Shown: positions 5,051-5,177 of the stretch, piece after piece
Layout: every line of letters starts with the position of its first letter
Numbering within the stretch: position 1 is the first letter of the stretch
Origin: Dubosiella newyorkensis
GTDB lineage: Bacteria > Bacillota_I > Bacilli_A > Erysipelotrichales > Erysipelotrichaceae
DNA length: 5,177 nucleotides
Direction of reading: 5' to 3'
Assembly: GCF_001945605.1 (NCBI RefSeq)
Contig: NZ_MPKA01000092.1
Location: 1 to 5,177 of the forward strand
Notes under the pieces: generated by a model
The model's database searches: none
Told to the model about the DNA's origin: nothing
What the model saw: only the letters and a program-made list of their open reading frames with translations
Program-made: the position numbers and the translations under genes

Positions 5051-5177
5051 TGGATTTAGTATTAATGGTGCATCCCTTAAACCTCTGAAAATTCAAGTGG
5101 TAGAATGTCATAAGAAGAACAATTTGAATTCCAGAATGAGGAGGAATGAAAAATGGCAAAGCAATATGACAAAGAAT
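5051..5177 (+). mobile_element. IS3-family insertion sequence, partial copy 2. Its left inverted repeat starts at 5051 and the element runs off the right edge of the window.
   Basis: Identical to the reverse complement of 673-799. It contains TGGTAGAAT (5098-5106, an extended -10-like element), GAGGAGG (5138-5144) and the orfA ATG at 5153. Confidence 0.85.
5153..5177 (+). CDS. IS3-family transposase OrfA, first 8 codons (MAKQYDKE), truncated by the window edge
   Basis: Identical to the start of the 410-697 ORF, with the same RBS. Confidence 0.8.

Larger units (their letters stand above)
4581..5177 (+). repeat. Right arm of a long inverted repeat (partner 673-1246). It probably continues beyond the window.
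   Basis: Same comparison. The differences sit at 4613, 4622, 4623 and 4658, plus the extra 23 bp at 5028-5050. Confidence 0.9.

Overview
The window looks like low-GC, Firmicutes-type DNA with a mirror-image layout. Both edges carry the same nested mobile-element module in inverted orientation. Each module is the left end of an IS607-family-like element, whose MerR-HTH/serine-recombinase tnpA is cut off by an inserted IS3-family element (orfA, plus orfB reached by a -1 frameshift). The left module is 1-1246 on the minus strand and the right module is 4581-5177 on the plus strand. Over the 597 bp where they can be compared, the copies differ by 4 substitutions and a 23-bp difference exactly at the tnpA/IS3 junction. 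The 3,334 bp between them (1247-4580) carries four things. First is an orphan rho-independent terminator. Second is a TspO/MBR-family gene broken by two 1-nt deletions. Third is an intact convergent AAA+ ATPase of the AAA_14/DUF4143 type with a C-terminal PD-(D/E)xK-like motif, preceded by three phased 12-bp direct repeats. Fourth is a cation-diffusion-facilitator (CDF) transporter gene broken by one 1-nt deletion. I saw no tRNA, rRNA or CRISPR array. I cannot support a clearly novel multi-gene system. The points worth following up are the composite-transposon-like or invertible architecture, the two IS3 junctions 23 bp apart in the same recombinase gene, the phased repeats upstream of the ATPase-nuclease-like gene, and a marked excess of GATC. 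All homology calls come from reading motifs by eye, not from database searches.
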